Shown here one piece after another: positions 40,601-48,645 of a stretch of DNA of 64,000 nucleotides. How positions within the stretch are numbered: the first letter of the stretch is position 1; every line of letters starts with the position of its first letter. The stretch is from Ignavibacteria bacterium (lineage in GTDB: Bacteria > Bacteroidota > Ignavibacteria > Tepidaquicellales > Tepidaquicellaceae), in the NCBI GenBank assembly GCA_016710985.1, contig JADJTX010000015.1, positions 63,859-127,858 of the forward strand. The letters run 5' to 3'. The notes under the pieces are model-generated. The model had not been told where the DNA came from. It did no database searches and saw nothing but the letters and a program-made list of their open reading frames with translations. Both the position numbers and the translations under genes were made by a program.

Positions 40601-43600
40601 GATGCAACGGTGTTAATTTTATAAAATCATATGGCGCATATTTCTGAAGATTTACATCTTCAAATATATCGAGAGACTGATTTGAGCTGATGACTATGGA
40701 TTTACCGTTTATCAAAGGCATGAACATTCCCGTTACCGATGCATCAAATGTAAATGGCAGATGAATAAAACTTCCTGAGTTAGAGTTATCCTTTGTAATA
40801 TATTTTGTTTTACTGTTGAGTAGATAGCTCATCAGATTATTGTGTCCGACTACTACTCCTTTCGGCTTGCCTGTTGAACCGGATGTATATATTACATAAG
40901 CCGGATTCTTAGGCTTAATATCCGTCCGGACTTTGTCAGCAGAATGTTTACTTATCTTTTCCCGGTCATTGTCTGTCACAATGATATCTGTGTTCTCTGT
41001 TTTAATTAATTTTGATCTGCTGTTTTTACTGCACACAATATAGGCTGCGCCTGTGTCTTCAAGCATGTACCTTATCCTGTCTTCAGGATATTCCGGGTCT
41101 ACCGGAACATACACTCCGCCTGCTTTCAGAATTCCGATTATTCCTGTAAACATATCAATACTGCGCTCTATGCAAATTGGAACCAACGTCTCTTCCTTTA
41201 CTCCTTTGCTTCTTAAATAATGCGCCAGCTGATTTGAACGCTCATCAAGTTCTTTGTAAGTTAATTTTTCATTTCCATATATTAATGCAATGTTTCCGGG
41301 AGTTTCTCTTACCTGTTCTTCAAAAAGATCCAGGACTGTCTTGCCTGTTGAATACTTAACTTTTGTATCATTAAATTCCGTAATTAATTTATTCAATTCA
41401 GACTGACTCAAAATGGAAAGTTTACTGACCTTTTCACTTGGATTATGTACAATAGAATTTAACAGCTCTTTAAAATGTAGGACCATCCTTTCAGCCGTTT
41501 CTTTCTCAAATAAATCTGTGCAGTATTCAACTGTCCCTCTTAATCCATCCGGTGTTTCTGTCAGACTAAATGTCAGATCAAATTTAGCTGTATGATGCGT
41601 AAATGAAAGTGCTGATAGCCCTGCTTTTCCAAGACTAAGCTGAGGGACATCCGGTACGTTCTGTAACATCAGCATTACCTGGAATAAAGGACTATGGCTC
41701 ATATCCCTTTCCTTCACCACCGCATCCACCACCTTCTCAAACGGCACATCCTGATATTCATATGCCTTCAGTGTTGTTGCTTTTATTTTTTGAAGTAAAT
41801 CTTTAAAGCCTTCGTTTCCATTGACTTCACTTCTCAATGCAAGCGTATTTATAAAGAAGCCTATCAGCCCTTCAAGTTCCTTTTGCTGTCTTCCCGCTAT
41901 CGGCGTGCCGACACAAATGTTGTGCTGAGAGCTGTACCGGTAAAGCAAAACATTCAGCGCTGCAAGCAAAGTCATGAAAAGTGTTGTTCCGTTTTCCTGT
42001 GATATTTTATTCAGCTTATCCGATATGTCCTTGTCTATTTTAAAACCTTCAACAGCTCCTTTTATGCTCTGCACTGCCGGTCTGTTAAAATCTGTCGGCA
42101 GCTGAAGCGGCTCTGATCCCGCAAGGTTCTCCTTCCAGTACTCAAGCTTCTTCTCAAGTACTTCGCCCTGAAGATACTTCCTCTGCCACATCGCATAATC
42201 CGCATACTGCAATGGCAGCGGCTGAAGCTTCGGCTCTCTTCCCTCTTCAAATGCTCCGTATAATTCAACAAGCTCCTTCACTATCACCGACGTTGACCAG
42301 CCGTCCGAAGCTATATGATGCAGCGTCACCGCAAGTACGTGATCTTCTTCACTCATCTTTATAAGTTGAGCTCTTAACATATAATCTTCCGATAAATTAA
42401 ACGGCGTGCTGATCAGCTGCTTTATGTAACTCTGTAACTTGTCTTTATCTTTATCCTCACTGTATTCTTTTCCGTCTATTAGTTCTAATTCCCATCCCTC
42501 ACTGTCTTTGATAAACTGATACCCCACGCCTTCTTCTTCACGTATCACCGTGCGGAGAACTTCGTGCCGTTCGATTATGCTTCTTAATGATCTTTCCAAT
42601 GCTTCCGTGTTCAGCTTTCCCGACAATCTCAGCACCGACGGAACGTGATACTGAACGCTGCCTTCAAGATGGTCTATGAACCAAAGACGCTCCTGACTGA
42701 ATGACAATGGTATCCTGTTTGGACGGTCAGTCATTACTTCTATCGCCGGCAGTACTTCCGCATCTGACTGAACTTCAAGCTGTCCTGCAAGCAATGCTAC
42801 TGTCGGATAATCAAAGATATCTCCGATCGGCATCTCTACATTAAATGCTTTTCGTATCGATGATATTAATCTTACTGCCAAAAGCGAGTGTCCACCAAGC
42901 TCAAAGAAATCATCGTGTATGCCTACCTGATCAACTTCTAAAACTTCTTTCCATATCTCTGCTAACTTAGTTTCTGCTTCATTACGCGGAGCCGTAAATC
43001 CTTCACTCATTATATCAAGTGTCTCAGGATCCGGTAATGCATTCCTGTCTGTCTTACCATTTGCGGTTAATGGAAACTCTGTAAGTTCTATCAATACCGA
43101 AGGAACCATGTATTCAGGAAGCTTCTCTTTTAAGAAACTTGTGATTGCTTCTTTATCAAATCCTCTTCCGTTTTCTCTTCCGGTTTCTCTTCCGTTTTCT
43201 TTGTCAATGGTTACATAGCCGACTAATCTTCTGTTGCCCTGCTTATCTTCTCTCGCAAGCACTACTGCCTGAGATACTGACTCACTCTGCTGAAGTACAC
43301 TCTCGATCTCTCCAAGCTCTATCCTGTATCCTCTTATCTTTATCTGATCATCTACACGTCCAATGAAAAGTATATTACCATCCGGTAAATATTTCACAAG
43401 ATCACCTGTCCCGTACATTAACGAGTCATGTTCATCATCTTTATAAACTTTATGAACTTTACTAACTTTATGAACTTTACTAACTTTATGAACTTTTTCA
43501 AACGGATCCTCTACAAACTTTGCTTTCGTTAATTCTTCATTGTTAAAATATCCTCTGGCGACTCCGTCTCCCGATATATAAAGTTCTCCCGGTACGCCTG

Positions 43601-44606
43601 CCGGACACAGCTGCCTGTCTTTTGTTAAAATGTAAACCTGCGTATTCGAGAACGGCTTTCCGATAGGAATGGTATTCGTAAATTTTGTATAGTCTGTTTT
43701 TGTGTCAACTTCATGAAGAAGCTTTCCGATAGTTGTCTCCGTCGGTCCGTAGTGATTGACTACTCTGCAATCTGTACCCGTCTCTCTGATCTTTTCAATC
43801 AGCTCCGATTGAAGCGCTTCGCCGCCAAATACCAGCAGCTTCTTCGGTAACAGTAAGCTTTCATCCGTCACCATCGTCAAAGCTTTCCAGTGTGACGGAA
43901 CTATCTTTAAGCAATCTATGCTGTGTTCTTTAAAATATCCGTGTATGTATTCTATGTTGCTTACTGATTCCTTTGTGAATAAATGCAATGCTCCGCCTGT
44001 TAATAGCGAACTGTAAATTACAGTATTCCCAAGATCTGTTGCAATGGTAGAGACTAAAGCAAATGAACGGCTTTCATTTATCCTTATCTTTTCATTTAAT
44101 CCGAATACATAATCAACAAGACTTCTGTGTTCGATCATCACTCCTTTTGGCTTACCCGTCGAGCCCGATGTATAGATCACGTATGCTAAATTGTGTGGTG
44201 ATACTTTTGTCTGAAGATCATCTTTCGGTTCGCCGGTTACTTTTTCAATCTCTATGACCTCAATGTTTTCTGTAAAAGGTAACTTTGCTATGCTTTGTTT
44301 ACTGCTTACAATTATTTTAGCTTTGGTATCTTCAAGCATGTACCTGATCCTGTCCTGCGGGAAGTCCGTATCGACCGGCACATAGGCTGCTCCCGATTTC
44401 ATTATGCCAAGCATTCCGATCATCATCTCAATACCGCGTTGCGCATACAGCGGAACGAGTGTTTCTTCCTTAACTCCTTTGCTTCTCAGATAATGAGCCA
44501 GCTGATTTGAACGTTCATTTAATTCAAGATAAGAAAGTTCTTTGCCTTCAAAAACAACTGCAGCTGCGTGAGGGTGTCTTTTTAACCTGATCCTCGAACA
44601 GATCAA
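34626..44606 (-). CDS. NRPS gene 2 fragment: A6(Asp)-T6-C7-A7(Asn)-T7-E7-C8-A8(Asn)-T8-C9 (N-terminal part)
   Basis: 3326-aa ORF with three A domains (SGSTGKPKG or SGSTGNPKG, YGPTE). PCPs are GGHSLLA, GGDSIITIQ (the form seen before E domains) and GGHSLDA. E motif VHYLAVDGVSW. C motifs LHHIASDGWS and YHHILFDGWS. Confidence 0.9.
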   Translation of the reverse strand: MICSRIRLKRHPHAAAVVFEGKELSYLELNERSNQLAHYLRSKGVKEETLVPLYAQRGIEMMIGMLGIMKSGAAYVPVDTDFPQDRIRYMLEDTKAKIIVSSKQSIAKLPFTENIEVIEIEKVTGEPKDDLQTKVSPHNLAYVIYTSGSTGKPKGVMIEHRSLVDYVFGLNEKIRINESRSFALVSTIATDLGNTVIYSSLLTGGALHLFTKESVSNIEYIHGYFKEHSIDCLKIVPSHWKALTMVTDESLLLPKKLLVFGGEALQSELIEKIRETGTDCRVVNHYGPTETTIGKLLHEVDTKTDYTKFTNTIPIGKPFSNTQVYILTKDRQLCPAGVPGELYISGDGVARGYFNNEELTKAKFVEDPFEKVHKVSKVHKVSKVHKVYKDDEHDSLMYGTGDLVKYLPDGNILFIGRVDDQIKIRGYRIELGEIESVLQQSESVSQAVVLAREDKQGNRRLVGYVTIDKENGRETGRENGRGFDKEAITSFLKEKLPEYMVPSVLIELTEFPLTANGKTDRNALPDPETLDIMSEGFTAPRNEAETKLAEIWKEVLEVDQVGIHDDFFELGGHSLLAVRLISSIRKAFNVEMPIGDIFDYPTVALLAGQLEVQSDAEVLPAIEVMTDRPNRIPLSFSQERLWFIDHLEGSVQYHVPSVLRLSGKLNTEALERSLRSIIERHEVLRTVIREEEGVGYQFIKDSEGWELELIDGKEYSEDKDKDKLQSYIKQLISTPFNLSEDYMLRAQLIKMSEEDHVLAVTLHHIASDGWSTSVIVKELVELYGAFEEGREPKLQPLPLQYADYAMWQRKYLQGEVLEKKLEYWKENLAGSEPLQLPTDFNRPAVQSIKGAVEGFKIDKDISDKLNKISQENGTTLFMTLLAALNVLLYRYSSQHNICVGTPIAGRQQKELEGLIGFFINTLALRSEVNGNEGFKDLLQKIKATTLKAYEYQDVPFEKVVDAVVKERDMSHSPLFQVMLMLQNVPDVPQLSLGKAGLSALSFTHHTAKFDLTFSLTETPDGLRGTVEYCTDLFEKETAERMVLHFKELLNSIVHNPSEKVSKLSILSQSELNKLITEFNDTKVKYSTGKTVLDLFEEQVRETPGNIALIYGNEKLTYKELDERSNQLAHYLRSKGVKEETLVPICIERSIDMFTGIIGILKAGGVYVPVDPEYPEDRIRYMLEDTGAAYIVCSKNSRSKLIKTENTDIIVTDNDREKISKHSADKVRTDIKPKNPAYVIYTSGSTGKPKGVVVGHNNLMSYLLNSKTKYITKDNSNSGSFIHLPFTFDASVTGMFMPLINGKSIVISSNQSLDIFEDVNLQKYAPYDFIKLTPLHLGLIQAKMKTGDGGLLTKKLVIGGEALLHSHISYFTENRIDVNIVNEYGPTETTVGCSVYEFNAAGVNGNLKNEISIGKPIDNVQIYILSEGGEISPAGVPGEICISGAGVSIGYLNRTDLTEEKFVKDPFSKEEGARLYRTGDRGRWLADGNIEYLGRIDDQVKIRGYRIELGEIENTLQESGLVRQSVVLARQTSGESKRLVGYVVPDGAFNKDAIINYLNIRLPDYMIPSLWVEMESLPLTQNGKIDKRALPDPDASELVSNEYAAPRNETELVLAEIWKELLRVERVGINDNFFELGGDSIITIQVLSRARRMGYELKPKDIFIHQTISGLSAVLAERTASELTAEQGSLTGRSGLLPIQQWYLDGSDSVSDTDTSHFNQSVLLSIDKTVTPEMLGIAVEMLTAHHDALRFIYHKADGDWIQEYGTEKGVLNVLDLKSAQASSLAEKIKEHAEKYQSSLNIEKGEMAKFVFIETPESETSNTILIIVHYLAVDGVSWRIILDDLELLLNGFTKNEKAELGLKSSSYRQWYEALAEYGKSRRLLSQINYWEETADSYEALKVDKEFTGAVRAKDLESQVMRLDSERTKELLQEVPRAYHTEINDMLLCALAQTICEWGAKDKIVIGLEGHGRESISESSENIDTSRTVGWFTNLYPVLIEPEINKTLSDSIKAVKEQLRRIPDKGLGYGVLKYINKDEKLRDKGNWDVVFNYLGQLDNVVSSGKLFSGAGESKGEDISGEHIVKEKLMINGFVQGGKLTLRWNYSSRHFDNETIGKLTEIYKTKLEELIAHCVEQQRSGEIFTPSDYGLGSEVRYEELDKFLEEPYKGKARRESIEALYRLSGLQQGMLFHSLYDGRAGSYINQLACDLVNPDIDKLIRSWNSVLNNHSILRSGFYYDSFKVPVQCVYREAEISVEIIDHRKTDPGEIENEIKEYTRSDRAKGFVFKSAPLMRVALFRISDDRYRMLLTYHHILFDGWSLQILVEEFLNVYDSVVSGIEIKPGEDDRFEDYIRYIERLEKEDEKKFWGNYLNTTGDSSLLPFIETTSERTKGLGLYKQSTLELDTSYSEKIQSYAQANRITLNTLIQGVWSYLLHRYSGSKEIIFGVTVSGRPDDLPGVENRVGMYINTVPSCATILQNEKIGDWLRSMQNKEALSRQYQFTPIHDIQKWSGLHGDLFDTTLTFQNYPISKLISSHDWKLKVENILVTEQNNFPLSLTIVNAEKVSVRFSYNSGLLKDEYVNEIRNHFEHVLFQFIKNENEKLRDVKLLTSAEEHEILEEFNRRRTDTQKYKSAIELFEGQVFKTPDAIALICKDDKITYEVLNTRANRLAHYLISKGIKENIPVPVCLENSFEMIIAIIGILKSGGSYVPIDPDYPDERIKYMVDNTGSELIVTNHENKSNFTHTSEENVIIIDEGMSQFEKMNTDNPGKVIEGDDLAYIIYTSGSTGNPKGVMIQHKNLFSYLTNGKTNYINNDGSNAGSYIHLSYTFDASVTGIFMPLIKGKSVVIGSSQSVDVFDDINLQKFAPYDFIKITPSHLELLQTKMKLPDGNLLTKKLVIGGEALLLSQLSYLIEKRIDVEIINEYGPTEATVGCSIFCFNIQNDTVNLRNEIPIGKPIDNVRIYILDENQELLPAGVTGEICIGGDGLSIGYLNLPELTKEKFITDPFGEAGAKLYRTGDLGRWLPDGNIEYKGRTDDQVKISGYRIELGEIESVLQQCDEVKQSVILAREDNSGNRRLTAYVVPENIFNKEALILYLSGRLPDYMIPAQWVELESFPLTSNGKIDRKGLPDPETSGELSKQYESPRNDIEAKLAEIWQEVLDIDRIGIHDEFIDLGGHSLDAISLISAIRRELRLEIPITIIFKYPTVALLASQLQNQSDSEVLPSIEVLSNRPEKIPLSFSQERLWFIDQLEGSIQYHVRSVLRFKGKINTEALTYSLREIISRHEVLRTVILQEDGSPYQHIKSTDEWKLGITDGTVFKDDAQL
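38030..40263 (-). repeat. Copy 2 of the about 2.2-kb duplication (A7 C-terminal subdomain-T7-E7-start of C8)
   Basis: See copy 1. The offset is about 14,481-14,492 nt. Confidence 0.8.
39123..39125 (-). other. Tyr codon (TAC) replacing the second His of the E7 HHxxxDG motif
   Basis: E7 reads ILIIVHYLAVDGVSW. The near-identical paralogue E3 reads ILIIVHHLAVDGVSW (CAC at 53609-53611). The difference is a single C-to-T change on the coding strand. Confidence 0.85.
43164..43199 (-). repeat. In-frame 12-bp tandem repeat x3 in A6 (E-N/T-G-R units); the A9 paralogue has x2 at 32101-32124
   Basis: tcttccgttttc tcttccggtttc tcttccgttttc in A6, against tcttccggtttc x2 in A9. Proteins: DKENGRETGRENGRGFDKEA against DKETGRETGRGFDKEA. 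Confidence 0.85.
43443..43496 (-). repeat. In-frame 9-bp tandem repeat x6 in A6, encoding KVH-KVS-KVH-KVS-KVH-KVY
   Basis: The + strand reads ataaacttt, atgaacttt, actaacttt, atgaacttt, actaacttt, atgaacttt. Same position in the A domain as the A9 array, but a different unit pattern. Confidence 0.9.
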
Positions 44607-47600
44607 CTATGCTCTTGTCTTTCGGATAAATTACCGCTGAAGTATTTATCTCTGCTGACAACTGATGCTCTTCCTCTTTGCTCAGCATCGGCAGAAGACC
44701 TATCTTCTGATCCGGATCTTTTATGACTGATCTAAGCAGCTCTTTGAAATGCTCTGTCATGCGGCTTATCATCCGCTCCGAATACAGATCCGATCTGTAC
44801 TGAACCGATACCATCAGACCGTTTGGAGTTTCATTTACAAAAAATGTTATCTCAAACTTCGATACATTATTCTCAAATGCTTCCGTACTCATCCGTACCC
44901 CGCCAAGCTGCAGCTGCGGAACCTCAGGTGTATTATGCAATACCAGCATCACCTGAAACAGCGGGCTTCTGCCCGGATCTCTGTCCTTCACTACCGCATC
45001 TACCACTTTCTCAAACGGAACTTCCTGATGTGAGTATGCATCAAGTGTCGTCTGCTTTACCTGTTGAATGAATTCTTTAAATGTTATGTCATTGCTTACT
45101 TCACTTCGCAGAGCAAGTGTATTTACAAAGAATCCGATAAGATTTTCGATCTCCTGCTGCGGACGGTTGGTAATGGAAGTTCCTACTGATATGTCACTCT
45201 GTCCGCTGTACCTGTATAGCAGCACATTAAAAGCTGAAAGCAAGGTCATGAACAATGTACTGCCCTGCTGACGGCTTAATTCATTAAGTCCGTCTGCTGT
45301 TTCCTTTTCAACCTTAAAGCTCTGAGTTGTGCCGCTGTTTGTTTTCACGCTTGAGCGCATGAGATCAGAAGGAAGATGTAAAACTGAAACTCCGTCCAGT
45401 TTCTTTTTCCAGTAGTCAAGCTTTTTATCTAATACCTCTCCCTGCAGATAATTCCTCTGCCATATCGCAAAGTCTGCATACTGAAGTTTCAAAGGTGTTA
45501 ACGATAAAGGATTACCCTCTTCATAAGATCTGTAAAGTTCTGTTACTTCCTTTACTATGATCGGCATTGACCACGCATCCGACGCTATATGGTGCATCGT
45601 TACTACAAGTATGCTCTCATCTTCCTTAAGAGTGATCAGCTCTGCACGAAGCATATAATCTTTTGACAAGTCGAAAGGTATGTTGATAAGCTGCTGTATG
45701 TAATCCTTCAAAAGCTGTGCATCATCCTTAAAAACCGTACCGTCTGTGATTCCTAACTTCCACTCATCTGTACTCTTGATATGCTGATAAGGGCTGCCGT
45801 CTTCCTGAAGGATCACCGTACGGAGCACTTCGTGACGGCTGATGATCTCACGCAATGAATATGTTAACGCTTCTGTATTTATTTTACCTTTGAATCTTAT
45901 AATGCTGGGAAGATTATAAACTAAACTTCCTTCAAGCTGATCAATAAACCACAGTCTTTCCTGACTGAAAGATAAAGGAACATATTTCGGTCTGTCCTGA
46001 ACTGATTCAATCGAAGGGAGCAATTGGTTGTTCATTTGCTCCTGCAGTACCTGAGCAAGTTCACCAATAGTCGGATTCGAAAATAATTCTTTTACAGCAA
46101 TTTCCAGTTTGAGCTCTTTACGGATTGCAGAGATCAATCTCATTGCAAGCAACGAGTGACCGCCTGATTCAAAAAAATCATCTTCAATTCCTGCCTTCTC
46201 AATATGCAATATATCCTGCCATATCACGGCCAGCTTCTCTTCGAATTCATTTCGGGGTGCAATATATTTATTACTTATCTGCTCTGCTTCAGCAACAGAT
46301 GGTAATACTTTTTTATTTATTTTCCCATTCGGAGTCAGGACAAAATGCTCTGCTTCAACCCATAGAGATGGGATCATATATTCAGGCAGTCTACCGCGAA
46401 GGTATGAGATCACTGAAGACTTATCAAACGAATCCAGAGGAATTACATAACATACCAAAGTCTTGTCACCTGCTTCATTTTCATGAACTACAACGGCTGC
46501 CTGACTTATCATGCCGCTTTCCTGAAGTACATTCTCTATTTCGCCTAACTCAATTCTATACCCTCTTATCTTCACCTGCTCATCTTTTCTGCCCAGATAT
46601 TCTATACTGCCATCAGACAGCCATCGTCCCAGATCTCCGGTCTTATACATCCTCGTTCCGGATTCTTTACTGAAGGGATTATTTATAAATCTCTCTTCTG
46701 TCTGATCCGGACGATTTAAATACCCGCGGGATAAACCCGCGCCGCTTAAACATATTTCACCGGGCACACCTATAGGAACTATCTGCTCCCGTTCATCCAG
46801 TATATATGCTTTACGATTATTTAAAGGATATCCAATCGGTATGGAACCATCGATCTTCTTATCAGTAATTCTGTAAGTCAGAGAGAATGTAGTATTTTCA
46901 GTCGGTCCGTATCCGTTAATTATTTCCATGCCCGGGTATGCCTGCCTTAACTTTTGAATATGATACTCCGACAGTTTCTCACCTCCTACTAAGATCGTTT
47001 CCAATCCTGAAAACAAAGTGATATCTGTTTCCAAAAGCTGATTAAACCAACTGGAAGTAAACCACATCCGGTTTATTTTTCTCTTTATTATTTCTTCCTT
47101 TAGCTGATCAATTTCCAGTAGTATTTTTTCCGTGCATAATACTAATTGTCCACCGTTTAAAAGCATGCCCCAATACTCGAAGGTTGTAGCGTCAAATGAT
47201 GATGAACCTGTAGATAATAGTTTGTCGTCCTTTGTTAATGTAACATAATCAATCCCTTTGACAAGGCTTACAACATTTTTCTGTGTTACGGTCACTCCCT
47301 TTGGTCTGCCTGTAGATCCGGATGTATAAATTACATATGCTAAATTATCAGGTTTTACATAAGTCTGAGGATTTTCTTTTTTCATCTGACCTATATCTGC
47401 CCGATCCTCATCCAATAAAATTGTTTCGGAATTATTTAATACTGATAATTTCGATTTAACAAAACTGCTTGATAAAATAATATTACTGCCTGTATCTTCG
47501 ATCATGAATCTAATCCGCTCTTCAGGATACTCAGGATCTATTGGAACATAAACGCCGCCTGCCTTTAATATACCGAGAATAGCAATGATCATGTCCGGTG

Positions 47601-48645
47601 ACCGCTCAATGCAAAGTGAAACAAATGTTTCTTCTTTTACTCCTTTACTTTTTAAATAGTGCGCAAGCTGATTTGACCTTTCATTCAGTTCATTATAAGT
47701 AAGCTCCTGATCTTCAAATACCAGCGCAACAGCATTAGGCGTCTTTTCTGCCTGCGCTTCAAACAGTTCTATAATTGTTTTGTCGTCAGGATACTCTGTA
47801 TCATTATTATTAAAATCAATGAGCAGTTTATCCTCTTCAGCTTTAGAGATCATTCGCAGATTTATTATCTCATGATCCGGGTTTTGTACAATTGAGCTGA
47901 GTAATATTTTAAAATGTTCCAGCATTCGCTCTACAGTATGCTCAGTGAACAGATCAGTATTGAACTCAACAGAACCGGCCAATCCTTTAGATGTCTCATT
48001 CAAACTAAATGACAGATCAAACAGCGCTGTTGTATGGTCATGACTTTCCCTGATAAACTGTATCTCGCCCAGATTAAGAACAGGTATGTCCGGTGTATTT
48101 TGCAGGACAAACATTACCTGAAAGACAGGATTCCGGCTCATGTCTCTTTTTTTTACCACAGATTCTACTATTTTTTCAAAAGGAATTTCCTGATGATCAA
48201 AAGCATCAAGCGTAGTTTGACGGACCTGCTTTAACAATTCTGAGAATGATGAATCCGGTTTCAGTTCAGTTCTTAAGGCAAGAGTGTTTATGAAAAACCC
48301 GATGAGCCCTTCCAGCTCATACTGATTTCTACCGGCTGTTCCTGTGCCTACACAAATGTCAGCCTGATTACTGTACCGGAAAAGCAATACTTTCAATGCA
48401 GCAAGAGTAGTCATGAACAGTGTACTCTCATTCTTCTGAGCCAAAATTTTTAATGCAGATGTAACATCTTTATCAATATTAAATGAAGCAACAGCGCCTC
48501 TGTTACTCTGAACGGCAGGACGCGGATGATCGGTTGGCAATTGCAATGGTGTTACATCCTTAAGCTTCTCTTTCCAGTAGCTGATCTTTTTTTCAAGAGT
48601 TTCTCCCTTGCAGATATTTCCTCTGCCATAATGCAAAATCGGCAT
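44548..48645 (-). CDS. NRPS gene 2 fragment: C5 (C-terminal part)-A5(Val code)-T5-C6-start of A6
   Basis: LAYVIYTSGSTGRPKG, NGYGPTENTTF, PCP FFESGGHSLLAMRL, C6 MHHIASDAWS. The last about 15 residues (...PSRSCSCF*) are out of frame. An extra G at 44572-44574 relative to the paralogue at about 33,491 causes this. Confidence 0.9.
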   Translation of the reverse strand: MPILHYGRGNICKGETLEKKISYWKEKLKDVTPLQLPTDHPRPAVQSNRGAVASFNIDKDVTSALKILAQKNESTLFMTTLAALKVLLFRYSNQADICVGTGTAGRNQYELEGLIGFFINTLALRTELKPDSSFSELLKQVRQTTLDAFDHQEIPFEKIVESVVKKRDMSRNPVFQVMFVLQNTPDIPVLNLGEIQFIRESHDHTTALFDLSFSLNETSKGLAGSVEFNTDLFTEHTVERMLEHFKILLSSIVQNPDHEIINLRMISKAEEDKLLIDFNNNDTEYPDDKTIIELFEAQAEKTPNAVALVFEDQELTYNELNERSNQLAHYLKSKGVKEETFVSLCIERSPDMIIAILGILKAGGVYVPIDPEYPEERIRFMIEDTGSNIILSSSFVKSKLSVLNNSETILLDEDRADIGQMKKENPQTYVKPDNLAYVIYTSGSTGRPKGVTVTQKNVVSLVKGIDYVTLTKDDKLLSTGSSSFDATTFEYWGMLLNGGQLVLCTEKILLEIDQLKEEIIKRKINRMWFTSSWFNQLLETDITLFSGLETILVGGEKLSEYHIQKLRQAYPGMEIINGYGPTENTTFSLTYRITDKKIDGSIPIGYPLNNRKAYILDEREQIVPIGVPGEICLSGAGLSRGYLNRPDQTEERFINNPFSKESGTRMYKTGDLGRWLSDGSIEYLGRKDEQVKIRGYRIELGEIENVLQESGMISQAAVVVHENEAGDKTLVCYVIPLDSFDKSSVISYLRGRLPEYMIPSLWVEAEHFVLTPNGKINKKVLPSVAEAEQISNKYIAPRNEFEEKLAVIWQDILHIEKAGIEDDFFESGGHSLLAMRLISAIRKELKLEIAVKELFSNPTIGELAQVLQEQMNNQLLPSIESVQDRPKYVPLSFSQERLWFIDQLEGSLVYNLPSIIRFKGKINTEALTYSLREIISRHEVLRTVILQEDGSPYQHIKSTDEWKLGITDGTVFKDDAQLLKDYIQQLINIPFDLSKDYMLRAELITLKEDESILVVTMHHIASDAWSMPIIVKEVTELYRSYEEGNPLSLTPLKLQYADFAIWQRNYLQGEVLDKKLDYWKKKLDGVSVLHLPSDLMRSSVKTNSGTTQSFKVEKETADGLNELSRQQGSTLFMTLLSAFNVLLYRYSGQSDISVGTSITNRPQQEIENLIGFFVNTLALRSEVSNDITFKEFIQQVKQTTLDAYSHQEVPFEKVVDAVVKDRDPGRSPLFQVMLVLHNTPEVPQLQLGGVRMSTEAFENNVSKFEITFFVNETPNGLMVSVQYRSDLYSERMISRMTEHFKELLRSVIKDPDQKIGLLPMLSKEEEHQLSAEINTSAVIYPKDKSIVDLFEDQVKKTPSRSCSCF

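Larger units (their letters stand above)
41712..45894 (-). repeat. Copy 1 of an about 4.2-kb direct segmental duplication inside NRPS gene 2 (C6 body-A6-T6-most of C7)
   Basis: By-eye alignment to 30,650-34,811 shows long runs of identical DNA. The upper junction is after ...ttacctttgaa (45,894 / 34,811). The lower junction is near ...cgcatccaccaccttctcaaacggcac (about 41,712 / 30,650). Boundaries are good to about 30 nt. Confidence 0.8.

Noticed and set aside
32368-43496. The KVH and ETGR coding repeats as assembly or sequencing artefacts.
   Set aside because: They occur in frame at the same position in two separate paralogous copies, with different unit variants. A random artefact would be unlikely to do this. 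Read-level confirmation is still advisable.
34440-45600. C6 and C9 read HHIASDA instead of HHxxxDG, a possible sign of inactive condensation domains.
   Set aside because: Both His residues and the Asp are retained. The trailing Gly is not catalytic and is variable in active C domains. Nothing in the sequence itself argues for inactivity.
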